DNA of 55,372 bases. It comes from a virus (Duplodnaviria > Caudoviricetes). Location of the stretch: positions 1 to 55,372 of IMG/VR virus record IMGVR_UViG_3300027978_000009. One strand, written 5' to 3'. The position numbers and the translations under genes are program-made. Shown in pieces: positions 17,403 to 25,790 of the stretch; position 1 is the stretch's first letter, and the number at the start of each line of letters is the position of its first letter. Under the pieces are notes generated by a model. It was given only the letters and a program-made list of their open reading frames with translations, was not told where the DNA came from and did not search any database.

Positions 17403-17817
17403 CCGAACATGCACGTACCGTAACCCCCACGGCACTCTTTGCTGCACCGAATGCAACAGCGGCATCGAACTGTGTCAGTGCGTCAACCCAGAGGGTGCGG
17501 CGTACGAGAGAATGACCAGCGTTGATGGTTTGTTCTTCATCATGGTGCGCGATGAGTTGAAGGCAGCTCGCTCGGCATTTCCTGGGACCACGCACATGCT
17601 TTGTGCCTTCATGGAGGAGGTTGGTGAGTTAGCCCAAGCCCTCATGGAACACGACCGCAGCCAAGGGACCAGCGTGCAGGAAGTGATGCGCGAAGCAGTC
17701 CAGTGTGCAGCGATGGCAATCCGCTTGGGTACCGAGGGTGATGAGAATTTCATGTACGAGTTCCCAGTCCTCGAAGATAAGATGCCGACTGGACCTGTCG
17801 GTAGGCAGTACGACTGA
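17395..17817 (+). CDS. MazG-like nucleotide pyrophosphohydrolase with Cys-rich N-terminus
   Basis: EEVGELAQAL...REAVQCAAMA helical motif. Confidence 0.75.
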   Translation: MADRTCTYRNPHGTLCCTECNSGIELCQCVNPEGAAYERMTSVDGLFFIMVRDELKAARSAFPGTTHMLCAFMEEVGELAQALMEHDRSQGTSVQEVMREAVQCAAMAIRLGTEGDENFMYEFPVLEDKMPTGPVGRQYD

Positions 17818-18083
17818 TGACTATTCGATACGATAGAGAGCGCGTGATCACGATCATCGACCGGATGCTTGAAGACGCTAAGCGTCGAGGCATCTATCAA
17901 ACAGACGAGTGCATCGACGACCTGGAAAAATTACTAGGTTCTGTACGTGCTGAAGCAGTAGCGACCACATGGACTGAAGCGTGTTCGCAATACGATAGAG
18001 GGATGGACCCCCGAAACATAACGATCCCATTACTAGTTGAGAAAGTCATCGGCGAACTCAACCCGGAGCGGGGCAAGGGGTGA
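17817..18083 (+). CDS. hypothetical protein
   Basis: Start overlaps the upstream stop. Confidence 0.7.
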   Translation: MTIRYDRERVITIIDRMLEDAKRRGIYQTDECIDDLEKLLGSVRAEAVATTWTEACSQYDRGMDPRNITIPLLVEKVIGELNPERGKG

Positions 18084-18086
18084 ATC

Positions 18087-18248
18087 ATGGTTGCATGGTG
18101 GTGGATCCCGGTCTGTCTTATGATCGGCGCAACGTTAGGAATTTTTATCATTGGGCTGTTCGCAGCCAACAGTCACAGGGAAATTAATTATGACTCAAGA
18201 CCAGAACGGCGAAGACGCAAACGCGCCAGAGACAAGCGAAATAACTGA
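18087..18248 (+). CDS. small single-TM membrane protein
   Basis: Not in the ORF track. MVAWWWIPVCLMIGATLGIFIIGLFAANS followed by an Arg-rich tail. AAGGGGTG precedes the ATG. Confidence 0.55.
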   Translation: MVAWWWIPVCLMIGATLGIFIIGLFAANSHREINYDSRPERRRRKRARDKRNN

Positions 18249-18465
18249 CGGGGTTGCAGTAGCTCCTGTTAAACCACCGCTCAGCATTCAAGTAGGAGTT
18301 GAGAACGGCAGAGTCATTGTCGTATTCTCGGAAGCGCTGACCACATTCAGCCTGCCACACGAGGAGGCGTACAAGATGGGTGGTGCTATGATCTTGCACG
18401 CGGACGAGGCCAAAGCTCTCGTTGAAGGTGAAGCGCCTGAAGATTCTGGCCTCATCCTCCCGTAG
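18190..18465 (+). CDS. hypothetical protein
   Basis: AGGGA RBS before MTQDQNG. Confidence 0.65.
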   Translation: MTQDQNGEDANAPETSEITDGVAVAPVKPPLSIQVGVENGRVIVVFSEALTTFSLPHEEAYKMGGAMILHADEAKALVEGEAPEDSGLILP

Positions 18466-18472
18466 CAGTTCC

Positions 18473-18500
18473 TTTACACGCAAGCGGATGTGTGTATACT
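18473..18500 (+). promoter_or_regulatory. sigma70 promoter P6 (TTTACA-16-TATACT)
   Basis: Intergenic. Contains operator-like CACG-ca-AGCGGA-tg-TGTG at 18477-18494. Confidence 0.75.
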
Positions 18501-18529
18501 AAGGGTTAAATAAACCTAAGGAGAACACA

Positions 18530-18712
18530 ATGGCAGGTGCAGTAAGGGCTCCAACTGATAGTATCGGTGCGCAGATGGCAATGCAGCGCAAGCGTAGCAA
18601 GAAAAAGTGTGCGAACCCGGAGTGTAAGAAGAGCTTCGAGGGTCTCACGATCACGCAGTACTGTTCCGACGAGTGTCGGTTCCGGGCTGCTTACTTACGT
18701 CGTAAAAAATAG
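18530..18712 (+). CDS. small basic zinc-finger protein (CANPEC...YCSDEC), candidate regulator
   Basis: TAAGGAG RBS. Cx4C...YCSxxC treble-clef-type pattern with basic flanks. Confidence 0.8.
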   Translation: MAGAVRAPTDSIGAQMAMQRKRSKKKCANPECKKSFEGLTITQYCSDECRFRAAYLRRKK

Positions 18713-18723
18713 GAAGCAAGACT

Positions 18724-18966
18724 ATGTACCTGAAGCAACACCGCAAAGCTAACCTGCAACTGGAAGGTCGCAAGCTCATCGGTAACTTCGAACTGAGCCT
18801 GACCAACCAGGGTGACCGCGAAGTCATGATGGAATTCATGTCTGAGATGCGTAAGCAACTCCGAGAATTTGATCGTGCCCGTGACAAAGCTGCCAAGAAG
18901 AAAGCGAAGAAGACGGCACGCAAAAAAGTCACCAAGAAGAAGCGTAAGGTTCGCCGCACCCGATGA
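18724..18966 (+). CDS. hypothetical protein with histone-H1-like Lys/Arg tail
   Basis: C-terminus KAAKKKAKKTARKKVTKKKRKVRRTR. Confidence 0.75.
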   Translation: MYLKQHRKANLQLEGRKLIGNFELSLTNQGDREVMMEFMSEMRKQLREFDRARDKAAKKKAKKTARKKVTKKKRKVRRTR

Positions 18967-19448
18967 TCATGATCGATCTGGAGGGTACGCTCAGTGATCA
19001 CACTGAACGCTTAGCTATCCTTCAGCGCAAGACCAAAGATGATGTGCGTCATCGACCGTCTTGGAAAGAATATTACAAGGGTCTCATCCACGATGAACCG
19101 CGCCCGCACATGATGGAGCTGGTTCGTGAATGGATTGAGAATGACTTCCGTCCCCTTGTCTACAGCACACGCTTCGTTAACAAATACAACCACGAAGAAC
19201 AGTGGCTCAAGATCCACGAGCTATGGGGCAAAGTCGATCTCATTCAGAGACACCCAACGCAGACCAAGATCAAAGGTCCGGACCTCGTTGTCCAATGGGT
19301 GAAAGAAAAACATCCAGAGATCATCGTCGATGACAGGGACGAGGTCCGCAACAAGGTTAGGGGTATCGGACTCCCCGGACTGCTTGTCTACGGACCTGAC
19401 TCGTTCCTTCCGGATGCAGGAGATTTACATGGACATTCGCTGCGCTAG
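18963..19448 (+). CDS. HAD-family phosphatase (PNKP/PseT phosphatase-like)
   Basis: MIDLEGTL (DxDGT variant), STR, IK, IIVDDR..V. Confidence 0.8.
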   Translation: MIMIDLEGTLSDHTERLAILQRKTKDDVRHRPSWKEYYKGLIHDEPRPHMMELVREWIENDFRPLVYSTRFVNKYNHEEQWLKIHELWGKVDLIQRHPTQTKIKGPDLVVQWVKEKHPEIIVDDRDEVRNKVRGIGLPGLLVYGPDSFLPDAGDLHGHSLR

Positions 19449-19701
19449 AGGCTGGCTCTTTCACGAGTGGGGTACCGATGGCAAGTGCGTACGCTGTCCC
19501 GCTATCGGTTTCCGGGGAACCCAGAACGCCGCGACATTGGCGGGCGACCTGTCCCACGCTGTAGTGCCCTTGCGAGTCCACCCTGCTGGTCTTGCTGCCC
19601 GACACGATTCCCCGGTGGCCCACCGGCTCCGGCTGGTCCCGGTACACCCCGACGAGGACGATCCATCATTCTCCTCTTCTGCAGATGACCCTGCATGCTA
19701 G
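19429..19701 (+). CDS. putative small Cys/His protein overlapping the convergent gene
   Basis: CAGGAG RBS 6 nt before ATG 19429. MDIRCARGWLFHEWGTDGKCVRC (C..H..CxxC). Confidence 0.45.
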   Translation: MDIRCARGWLFHEWGTDGKCVRCPAIGFRGTQNAATLAGDLSHAVVPLRVHPAGLAARHDSPVAHRLRLVPVHPDEDDPSFSSSADDPAC

Positions 19702-21361
19702 GCGGAATCCTGGGACCACCTGTAAAACCTTCGTTCGGATCTTCACCACCACCCGCGTAAGGATTCGCACGTATAGGCATCGTCCTGCCCATAGGTCTCG
19801 GACGCATCATAGGCTTGCCCGGTCCACCGGTCGTCTGCTGGATAGGACCTCCCGGCATAGGTGGACGAGGCGGCATCATGCGTCCCGGCGGAGCCATCGC
19901 AGCGAGGCCACCAACAGCGTAGTTAACTCGACCACCACGTGACTGCTCCATCTCTTCCAGCTCCCGCTCGGTGCGAGTTTCGGACGCTTCCTTGTTGCCC
20001 ATCAACTTCTCAAGCCAGCTGAGTTCTTCTGGCTCCGCAGCTGGAGGAGGAGGTGGCGCAGGATCCTGATGATGCTTGCGCTCCCACATCTTGTAGCGAG
20101 CACTATCTACAGGGTACGGGTTGGCACCTTCAGCGTGACCGGGCCTAACCTCACCACCCTCAGCGTAACCACCTAGCATTTCTTTGATGCGTGCGTTGTG
20201 ATCGGCGAGTTGCTGTGAGTACCGAGACTCTCTGGCCGGTGACGGAGGTAACATCACTGGAGGGGGAGCACCACCTGCAGGAGGATCCAATGGATCACCC
20301 GTTATCGGATCAATTCCTGGTGGGATAACTCTGGGCGGAGGCGTACGACCACCACCACCACCACCGCGACCTCCACCACCTCCACGCCCGCCTCTGCCTC
20401 CACCACGTCCACCGCGACGGGGACCTCGCATGACAGGTACCTGATCGTACGACCCCTCACTGGTGTCGGTGGCTTCTATGCCTGTTGGCTCACGCATGTA
20501 GATGAGTTCCGTGTTCGGGTCCTTGATGTAAGTCCCGTCCTCCAATCCACGCACGATGCGAAAGACACCACCGATGCCACCGTCCAGATGTTTGACAAGC
20601 TCCTTGAACGTGTAGCCTCCGTCCACGGAGCCACCGTTCGCATAACCTCTGTCGGCATTCATGAATTCTCTTCCTACTGCTTGCGATGGACCTCCGCCTC
20701 CCGGCTTCTTCCAGCCATGTGCAGCAGCTCGCATTAGTCGTGCTTGTGCTGGTGATTTACTAGGCATCATCCTTCCCTTGTTTGTCATTTGTGCGAGACC
20801 ACCTTGAGCTAAGGTCCTCACTTGAGGCACGTAGAGTCCACTCGGTGCTGCAACATACGACGTGTCGATGTCGATTACATCTTCAAGTGGATCAAGTTCT
20901 TCGTCAGCTGCAGACGCGCCTGCACCGACTACTCCAGCAGCAGCCCCTTGTGAAATAGGTACGCTTGCAGGTGCAGCTGCGGCACCCGCACCACCGGCAT
21001 ACCAAGATGCAATCGCAGCAGCCACCTGATGAGCACCGGCACTCGGACTAACATCAATTCCCTTTTCAGCAGCGTCAGCGTAAGACCCTGACGACGGACC
21101 CCCCAGCTGATTTTGTATGGGCTCGTAATCTTTCCCGACAATTTCACCCCACATCTTCGAACTGAAGGGCTCCAAAGCACCAATGAACGCACGTTCAGGG
21201 TCAGCTCTGAGTGCGTCCCACATGTACTTCAGGTTGTTCTTCTCGAACGCCAGCATGTCATCCAGCCCCATCTTCTTAGCTGCACGACTAAGCTCCTTCT
21301 TGGTCTTCTTCTGGTGACCAAAAGGATCATGTACTTTCTTTAGAAAACTGCCAATGCCCAT
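19502..21361 (-). CDS. 619-aa low-complexity virion-associated/ejected protein (RGG box, poly-Pro, repeated YAxGG motifs)
   Basis: Long ORF at the end of the late operon. Start overlaps the upstream stop. Confidence 0.75.
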   Translation of the reverse strand: MGIGSFLKKVHDPFGHQKKTKKELSRAAKKMGLDDMLAFEKNNLKYMWDALRADPERAFIGALEPFSSKMWGEIVGKDYEPIQNQLGGPSSGSYADAAEKGIDVSPSAGAHQVAAAIASWYAGGAGAAAAPASVPISQGAAAGVVGAGASAADEELDPLEDVIDIDTSYVAAPSGLYVPQVRTLAQGGLAQMTNKGRMMPSKSPAQARLMRAAAHGWKKPGGGGPSQAVGREFMNADRGYANGGSVDGGYTFKELVKHLDGGIGGVFRIVRGLEDGTYIKDPNTELIYMREPTGIEATDTSEGSYDQVPVMRGPRRGGRGGGRGGRGGGGGRGGGGGGRTPPPRVIPPGIDPITGDPLDPPAGGAPPPVMLPPSPARESRYSQQLADHNARIKEMLGGYAEGGEVRPGHAEGANPYPVDSARYKMWERKHHQDPAPPPPPAAEPEELSWLEKLMGNKEASETRTERELEEMEQSRGGRVNYAVGGLAAMAPPGRMMPPRPPMPGGPIQQTTGGPGKPMMRPRPMGRTMPIRANPYAGGGEDPNEGFTGGPRIPPSMQGHLQKRRMMDRPRRGVPGPAGAGGPPGNRVGQQDQQGGLARALQRGTGRPPMSRRSGFPGNR

Positions 21362-21936
21362 TACTCTTCCACCTCTCCGGTGCGACCGTCGATGGTCACG
21401 TTGTCGGACTTTGGTTTGATCAATGCAAGGATACTGGACATGACTTCCATCTTAGTCTCGTCACGAATACCTATGGGAGATAGATCGTCTTTACCCGACA
21501 CGTTGTTGTGCTGACGATCCTTCCAGTTTTCTTTCTGCCTGTTCGTTAGCCACAACTTGATGGCTGCAACGTCAGGCTTGTAATGTTTGGTTGTCTCGGC
21601 GCGTACGATCTCACCGTCCCACTGGAAGATCTTTTCTTCGTCGTGTTGGTAACCAACTGCACTCTGGTACAACGCAGCAAGCACTGCAGCATCTGCATCG
21701 GTGTAGCCTGCTTCGAGTGCGTCTTTGAACAAGGGGTACTGCGCTTTCCACCTGCCCATCTGTCGGGCACTGATGTCGAAGATGTCACACATCTGTGACT
21801 CGGGGATACCTCGCATTGCAATCGCACGTACCTGTTCGAGATGATCAGGCAAGAAGAGACGATGCCCTTCAGCACGCAGAGCGCCCGCTTGATTGCGGAC
21901 GTACTTCTTCCTTCTTACGATTCGTTTAGCTGGCAT
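21361..21936 (-). CDS. terminase small subunit-like HTH protein
   Basis: A.RG....CDIFDIS......WK...P.F..AL..G...AD..V...LY..A.GY....K...PD..A...WL.NR...W.D, a pattern typical of a TerS-like family. Confidence 0.8.
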   Translation of the reverse strand: MPAKRIVRRKKYVRNQAGALRAEGHRLFLPDHLEQVRAIAMRGIPESQMCDIFDISARQMGRWKAQYPLFKDALEAGYTDADAAVLAALYQSAVGYQHDEEKIFQWDGEIVRAETTKHYKPDVAAIKLWLTNRQKENWKDRQHNNVSGKDDLSPIGIRDETKMEVMSSILALIKPKSDNVTIDGRTGEVEE

Positions 21937-24485
21937 TACTCTTCGGGCTCCTCGTCACCACCCATGCCCAACATCTGCATGAGTCGATCTGTTAGTCCAA
22001 GCTCTTCACCTTCCGCCCCGGCCTCCATACCAGTGGCATTTCTCAGCTGCTGCATAGTCTGATCCATGACGCCACCCTGCCCAGAGCCCTCTTGAATCTC
22101 GGCCCACTCGTCGGACACGTACACAGTATCCTGGGGATCATCTGCAAACCACTCCTGACCTTGCTGTCGTCCCAGACCCATGAGCACGCCGGTCAGCTCT
22201 TTCATGACAGCGTCCTTCATGCGCGGGTCACTCTTCACATGATACAGGCGGAGCAAAAGGTTACGTGCGGGTTGACTCTGATAGGCGTGACCAAGCAGGC
22301 CTGCGACACCCAGAGTAACCAAGTTCACTGCACTGGCACCTATCTGACCGATGCCACCTGAAGCAGCCATGCCGACACCCTTGCCGGTCTCTCCTGCTGC
22401 AGCTGTCATGCGGAGGTACTCCAGCATGCCACCCAGTTCTTGTTGTGCTCTCTCGCCCGGAAAGAAGGTGCGCAGCTGAGCTTCAACAGGCTCACTCTCC
22501 ATCCAGTTCAAAACTTTCTTCGGATCTACGACAGCCTCGATGGCTTCGCTTCGACGCCAGCCACCAACACGCATTGCATTACGCAGGATCATTTGCTGAG
22601 CTTGCCGTCTACCTGACGCAGTTAAATTCTCTCGGAGAAGGGTAAGCTGTGTAGGATCCGCTGACTTCAACACACGTCGGATGACTTGGTCGTCAACCTC
22701 ACCGGCCTCGATCAAACCCTGCAACGTACGTCGTTCGGAACCGCTGACCAGAGTGTTTATCTCTCGGGTTCCTTGCAGCCATCGAGCACCTGCTTCACCA
22801 CCATCTTCAGCAGCGTGCCGTGCAAGATCTCGTTGCAATGCATCTGCTGCCTGCTCTATAGATTCCCGTGCAGCTGGAGGTGCTCTGCCAGCTTCCATGT
22901 AAAGGCGTTCAACCCAATCGTTGAGGCTACCGAAGTCACGTGGAAGTTTTCCTGGCTGTGGTTTGCCGCCGACCCACACTGTCGTGCGTACTTTGTTGAG
23001 CAAGCTGATGAGACTCTGGTTAGCAAGGTCACCGTACTTCTCTTCGTCTGCGATGATGTCTCGAATCGTTAGACGGAAGTCACGCAAGACAACGTCGTTG
23101 CCTGCCATCGCTTCGATGCCTTCATCAACACTGGCACGAGCAGCGTTCAAACGTGCGCCACCTGCTTGGTTGATGTTGTCCAAAACTCGAGCACCGTAGT
23201 TGGTGTTCGGATTCAAATTATAACGATCAGCCAAGTTAGCCAGCACTTCAACACGCTGTTGCTGCTGTGCTTTACGCAATCCACCAGTACCTGTCAGTGG
23301 CATACGCTCGACCATCTTCAAAAGGATCTGACGGAACGGAGTGTGTGCTTCCGGGACTGCGTCCTGCGTGGTGATGATTGCATTACGACCAGACTGCAGG
23401 TACTCCTTCGCGTTCTTTGCAAAGGTCAACATCTGTGCCTTGGCTGCAGGAATCGCTTGGTCAAGACCAGTTGCTGCACCCATGCGTGCACCCCAATCCT
23501 CAGGGATGTAACTGCCGATGAATCGACCAGTACGTTGCACGGCACCCATCAATGGACGTGCCAGTTCGATAACAGGACCTGCGGCTGCACTGATTGCAAC
23601 GTCAGTCTTGTCGAACTGCCCACCTGCTGCTTCTTGCCCTGCTTGGATTGCCGCTTCGGTAGCGCCCGCTGTTGTGGCACCAACTGCGATACGACCAGCG
23701 GTGCCTGTCATGGCACCAGTAGCTCGACCTGCTGGCGTGAACATCGCACCAACACCCAAGGCTTGCGCAGCATCCATCGCGCTCATGCCCGGACGATTGA
23801 TAACTGCTCTCGCACCGTTGATGTTGTTGTTCATGATGACTGTGCCATCAGGCGCGTGCGTCATACCAAACTGCGGCCACTTACGCTCGCCCGTTTCCGG
23901 ATCCACCTGCAGTAGCATCTGTGCAACCTCGGACGGATCAAACATGGTCAGTGCCGCTGCTGATATCAGTGCTGCGTCTTTGCCAGACAACCCTGCACCC
24001 ATGCCGGAGCCATAACGCTTGGTCGTCTCACCGTGCTCCGCCATGTCTTTGAGTTCCATCATCAAACCCGTGCGCTCAAAGAAAGTAAGGTCTGGATTAT
24101 CTAGACGTTTAGATAGCTCCTCGTAGCGAGGATTCATCTCTAACTTGCCCGTGAACATCTCAGGCAATTCTTTCGCTGCACGTGACTCACCGGGCTCCAT
24201 AGGGAAGTCGGTCATCACGTTACCTTGGTTTCGAATGTCATCGAGACTGACACCCCCCAGCTCACCCGTGCGAAGAAGTTCCTGCGCAGCGTCTTGACCT
24301 GTACCAACCGGATCCTGGGCAGCATCACCCAACCAAGTTGCGTCATACGCACGCCCTAGCTCAGCGTCAGGACCTTGTAGAGCCTGCCCTTGCACGACGT
24401 CGCCCCAGTCGTTGTATTGCAACGCTGCAGGAGGAGGTGCTTGTGTTTCAACAACCTCTTCTTCGATGACTTCTTCGTCTGCCAT
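21936..24485 (-). CDS. large internal virion / DNA ejection protein
   Basis: 849 aa, Ala/Gly-rich helical. IN(R)PGMS.MD motif and GA-rich membrane-like segment, as in P22-type DNA transfer proteins. Position after the tail genes. Confidence 0.7.
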   Translation of the reverse strand: MADEEVIEEEVVETQAPPPAALQYNDWGDVVQGQALQGPDAELGRAYDATWLGDAAQDPVGTGQDAAQELLRTGELGGVSLDDIRNQGNVMTDFPMEPGESRAAKELPEMFTGKLEMNPRYEELSKRLDNPDLTFFERTGLMMELKDMAEHGETTKRYGSGMGAGLSGKDAALISAAALTMFDPSEVAQMLLQVDPETGERKWPQFGMTHAPDGTVIMNNNINGARAVINRPGMSAMDAAQALGVGAMFTPAGRATGAMTGTAGRIAVGATTAGATEAAIQAGQEAAGGQFDKTDVAISAAAGPVIELARPLMGAVQRTGRFIGSYIPEDWGARMGAATGLDQAIPAAKAQMLTFAKNAKEYLQSGRNAIITTQDAVPEAHTPFRQILLKMVERMPLTGTGGLRKAQQQQRVEVLANLADRYNLNPNTNYGARVLDNINQAGGARLNAARASVDEGIEAMAGNDVVLRDFRLTIRDIIADEEKYGDLANQSLISLLNKVRTTVWVGGKPQPGKLPRDFGSLNDWVERLYMEAGRAPPAARESIEQAADALQRDLARHAAEDGGEAGARWLQGTREINTLVSGSERRTLQGLIEAGEVDDQVIRRVLKSADPTQLTLLRENLTASGRRQAQQMILRNAMRVGGWRRSEAIEAVVDPKKVLNWMESEPVEAQLRTFFPGERAQQELGGMLEYLRMTAAAGETGKGVGMAASGGIGQIGASAVNLVTLGVAGLLGHAYQSQPARNLLLRLYHVKSDPRMKDAVMKELTGVLMGLGRQQGQEWFADDPQDTVYVSDEWAEIQEGSGQGGVMDQTMQQLRNATGMEAGAEGEELGLTDRLMQMLGMGGDEEPEE

Positions 24486-25786
24486 TACTCGTCCTCAGGC
24501 TCGGGAGCTTTCACTTGGTAAGGAGATCCCCACTCACCGACACGGTAATACTTTGTGCCGGGTTCTAATTTGTCACGATCTGCTTTCGTTTTAACGAAGA
24601 CAGCGTCAGGTGCAAACGGGAATCCAGACACACCTTCCCACAAATCTTCAACCGAACTCATGTACTGACGTCGTCCTGCCGAAGACGTTGTGGTCTGAGC
24701 AGAGTTATAGGCCTCGCGAATACCTCGTGAGAGTGCAGTCGCGTAGATGTCTTCCATCCGTTTCAACTGACGGTAGTTGGTAGTGGTGTTTGTTCCCAGT
24801 CCAACAGAGACACCCTTCATCTCGGCAAGGTCTTTGTCAGATGCAGGACCTTTCAAGTCACGAAGCTTGGCGAGAAAATCTTCCGCGATTAGTTTCTGCA
24901 GGTCAGACAGTTCCGTCGTATCACCGAGGTCCACACCTACCCAGTTAGCAACACGATTCTTGAGTGCTTGGAATCCACTGGTCTCAATTTCGATCTCAGC
25001 ATTTTCCAGGATTCTATTCGCTGCCCGAATGTTGGCGAGCGGAGCCTTACGTTCGTACGCTGCATTGATGAAGTCTTCACTTCTAGCTGTCGTGGACTCT
25101 GCCATTTCAGCTGCGCGAATAAGAGCAGCTGCTCGTGCAGGATCAAGACGTGACGCTGCTTCGAACATCGTGCCATCGGCACCCTTCAAAGGTGTCAACT
25201 TCAGACCTAACTCAGGCGCTTCCGGATCCACCATCATGGATCCAAAGACGATGCGTTGATTCTCGACAGCCTTACCCATGTCATCAGGATGAACCATGGT
25301 CTGGATGGAACCGTGAATGCTCTTGCCCGATGCTGAATTACCAGACAGTTCAAGCATCTTGTCGATGGCTTCACTCTCCATCGCAATCTCAGCGTTCATG
25401 TTGTCTTCGAGTTGCCGGTTGAATTCAGCCTCGTGCTGCCCACGCAGTTCGTTCTCTTGACGTAACAGGCCTGCGCTTCTGCCCATGCCCTCGCCAAAAC
25501 TTCCGGTAGGTCCGGAACTCAGCATGCCCTGCGCGAGAGCAAGCCATCTGGATTGTTCGTCACGCTTAGCTTGTGCAGCTCGTTGCTCGCTGATGCGTTC
25601 ACGACCAACTGCCAAACGATCCAAAGCATTCTGCTTCTGATCCAAGATCATAGAACTCAGACTTTGCCCTGCTGCTGGGTTGGTTGTGCGCTCAACAATA
25701 TCAGCCACGTCGATAGCGGCATCAGGTGTATCCACCTGTTCCTCGACGTCTGTTACTGCTGCTAATCCACCTTGTGGTTCAGCCAT
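24485..25786 (-). CDS. internal virion / ejection protein
   Basis: Helical. LAQGMLS..TGSFGE motif and LKGPASDKDL motif. Confidence 0.65.
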   Translation of the reverse strand: MAEPQGGLAAVTDVEEQVDTPDAAIDVADIVERTTNPAAGQSLSSMILDQKQNALDRLAVGRERISEQRAAQAKRDEQSRWLALAQGMLSSGPTGSFGEGMGRSAGLLRQENELRGQHEAEFNRQLEDNMNAEIAMESEAIDKMLELSGNSASGKSIHGSIQTMVHPDDMGKAVENQRIVFGSMMVDPEAPELGLKLTPLKGADGTMFEAASRLDPARAAALIRAAEMAESTTARSEDFINAAYERKAPLANIRAANRILENAEIEIETSGFQALKNRVANWVGVDLGDTTELSDLQKLIAEDFLAKLRDLKGPASDKDLAEMKGVSVGLGTNTTTNYRQLKRMEDIYATALSRGIREAYNSAQTTTSSAGRRQYMSSVEDLWEGVSGFPFAPDAVFVKTKADRDKLEPGTKYYRVGEWGSPYQVKAPEPEDE

Positions 25787-25790
25787 TTTC

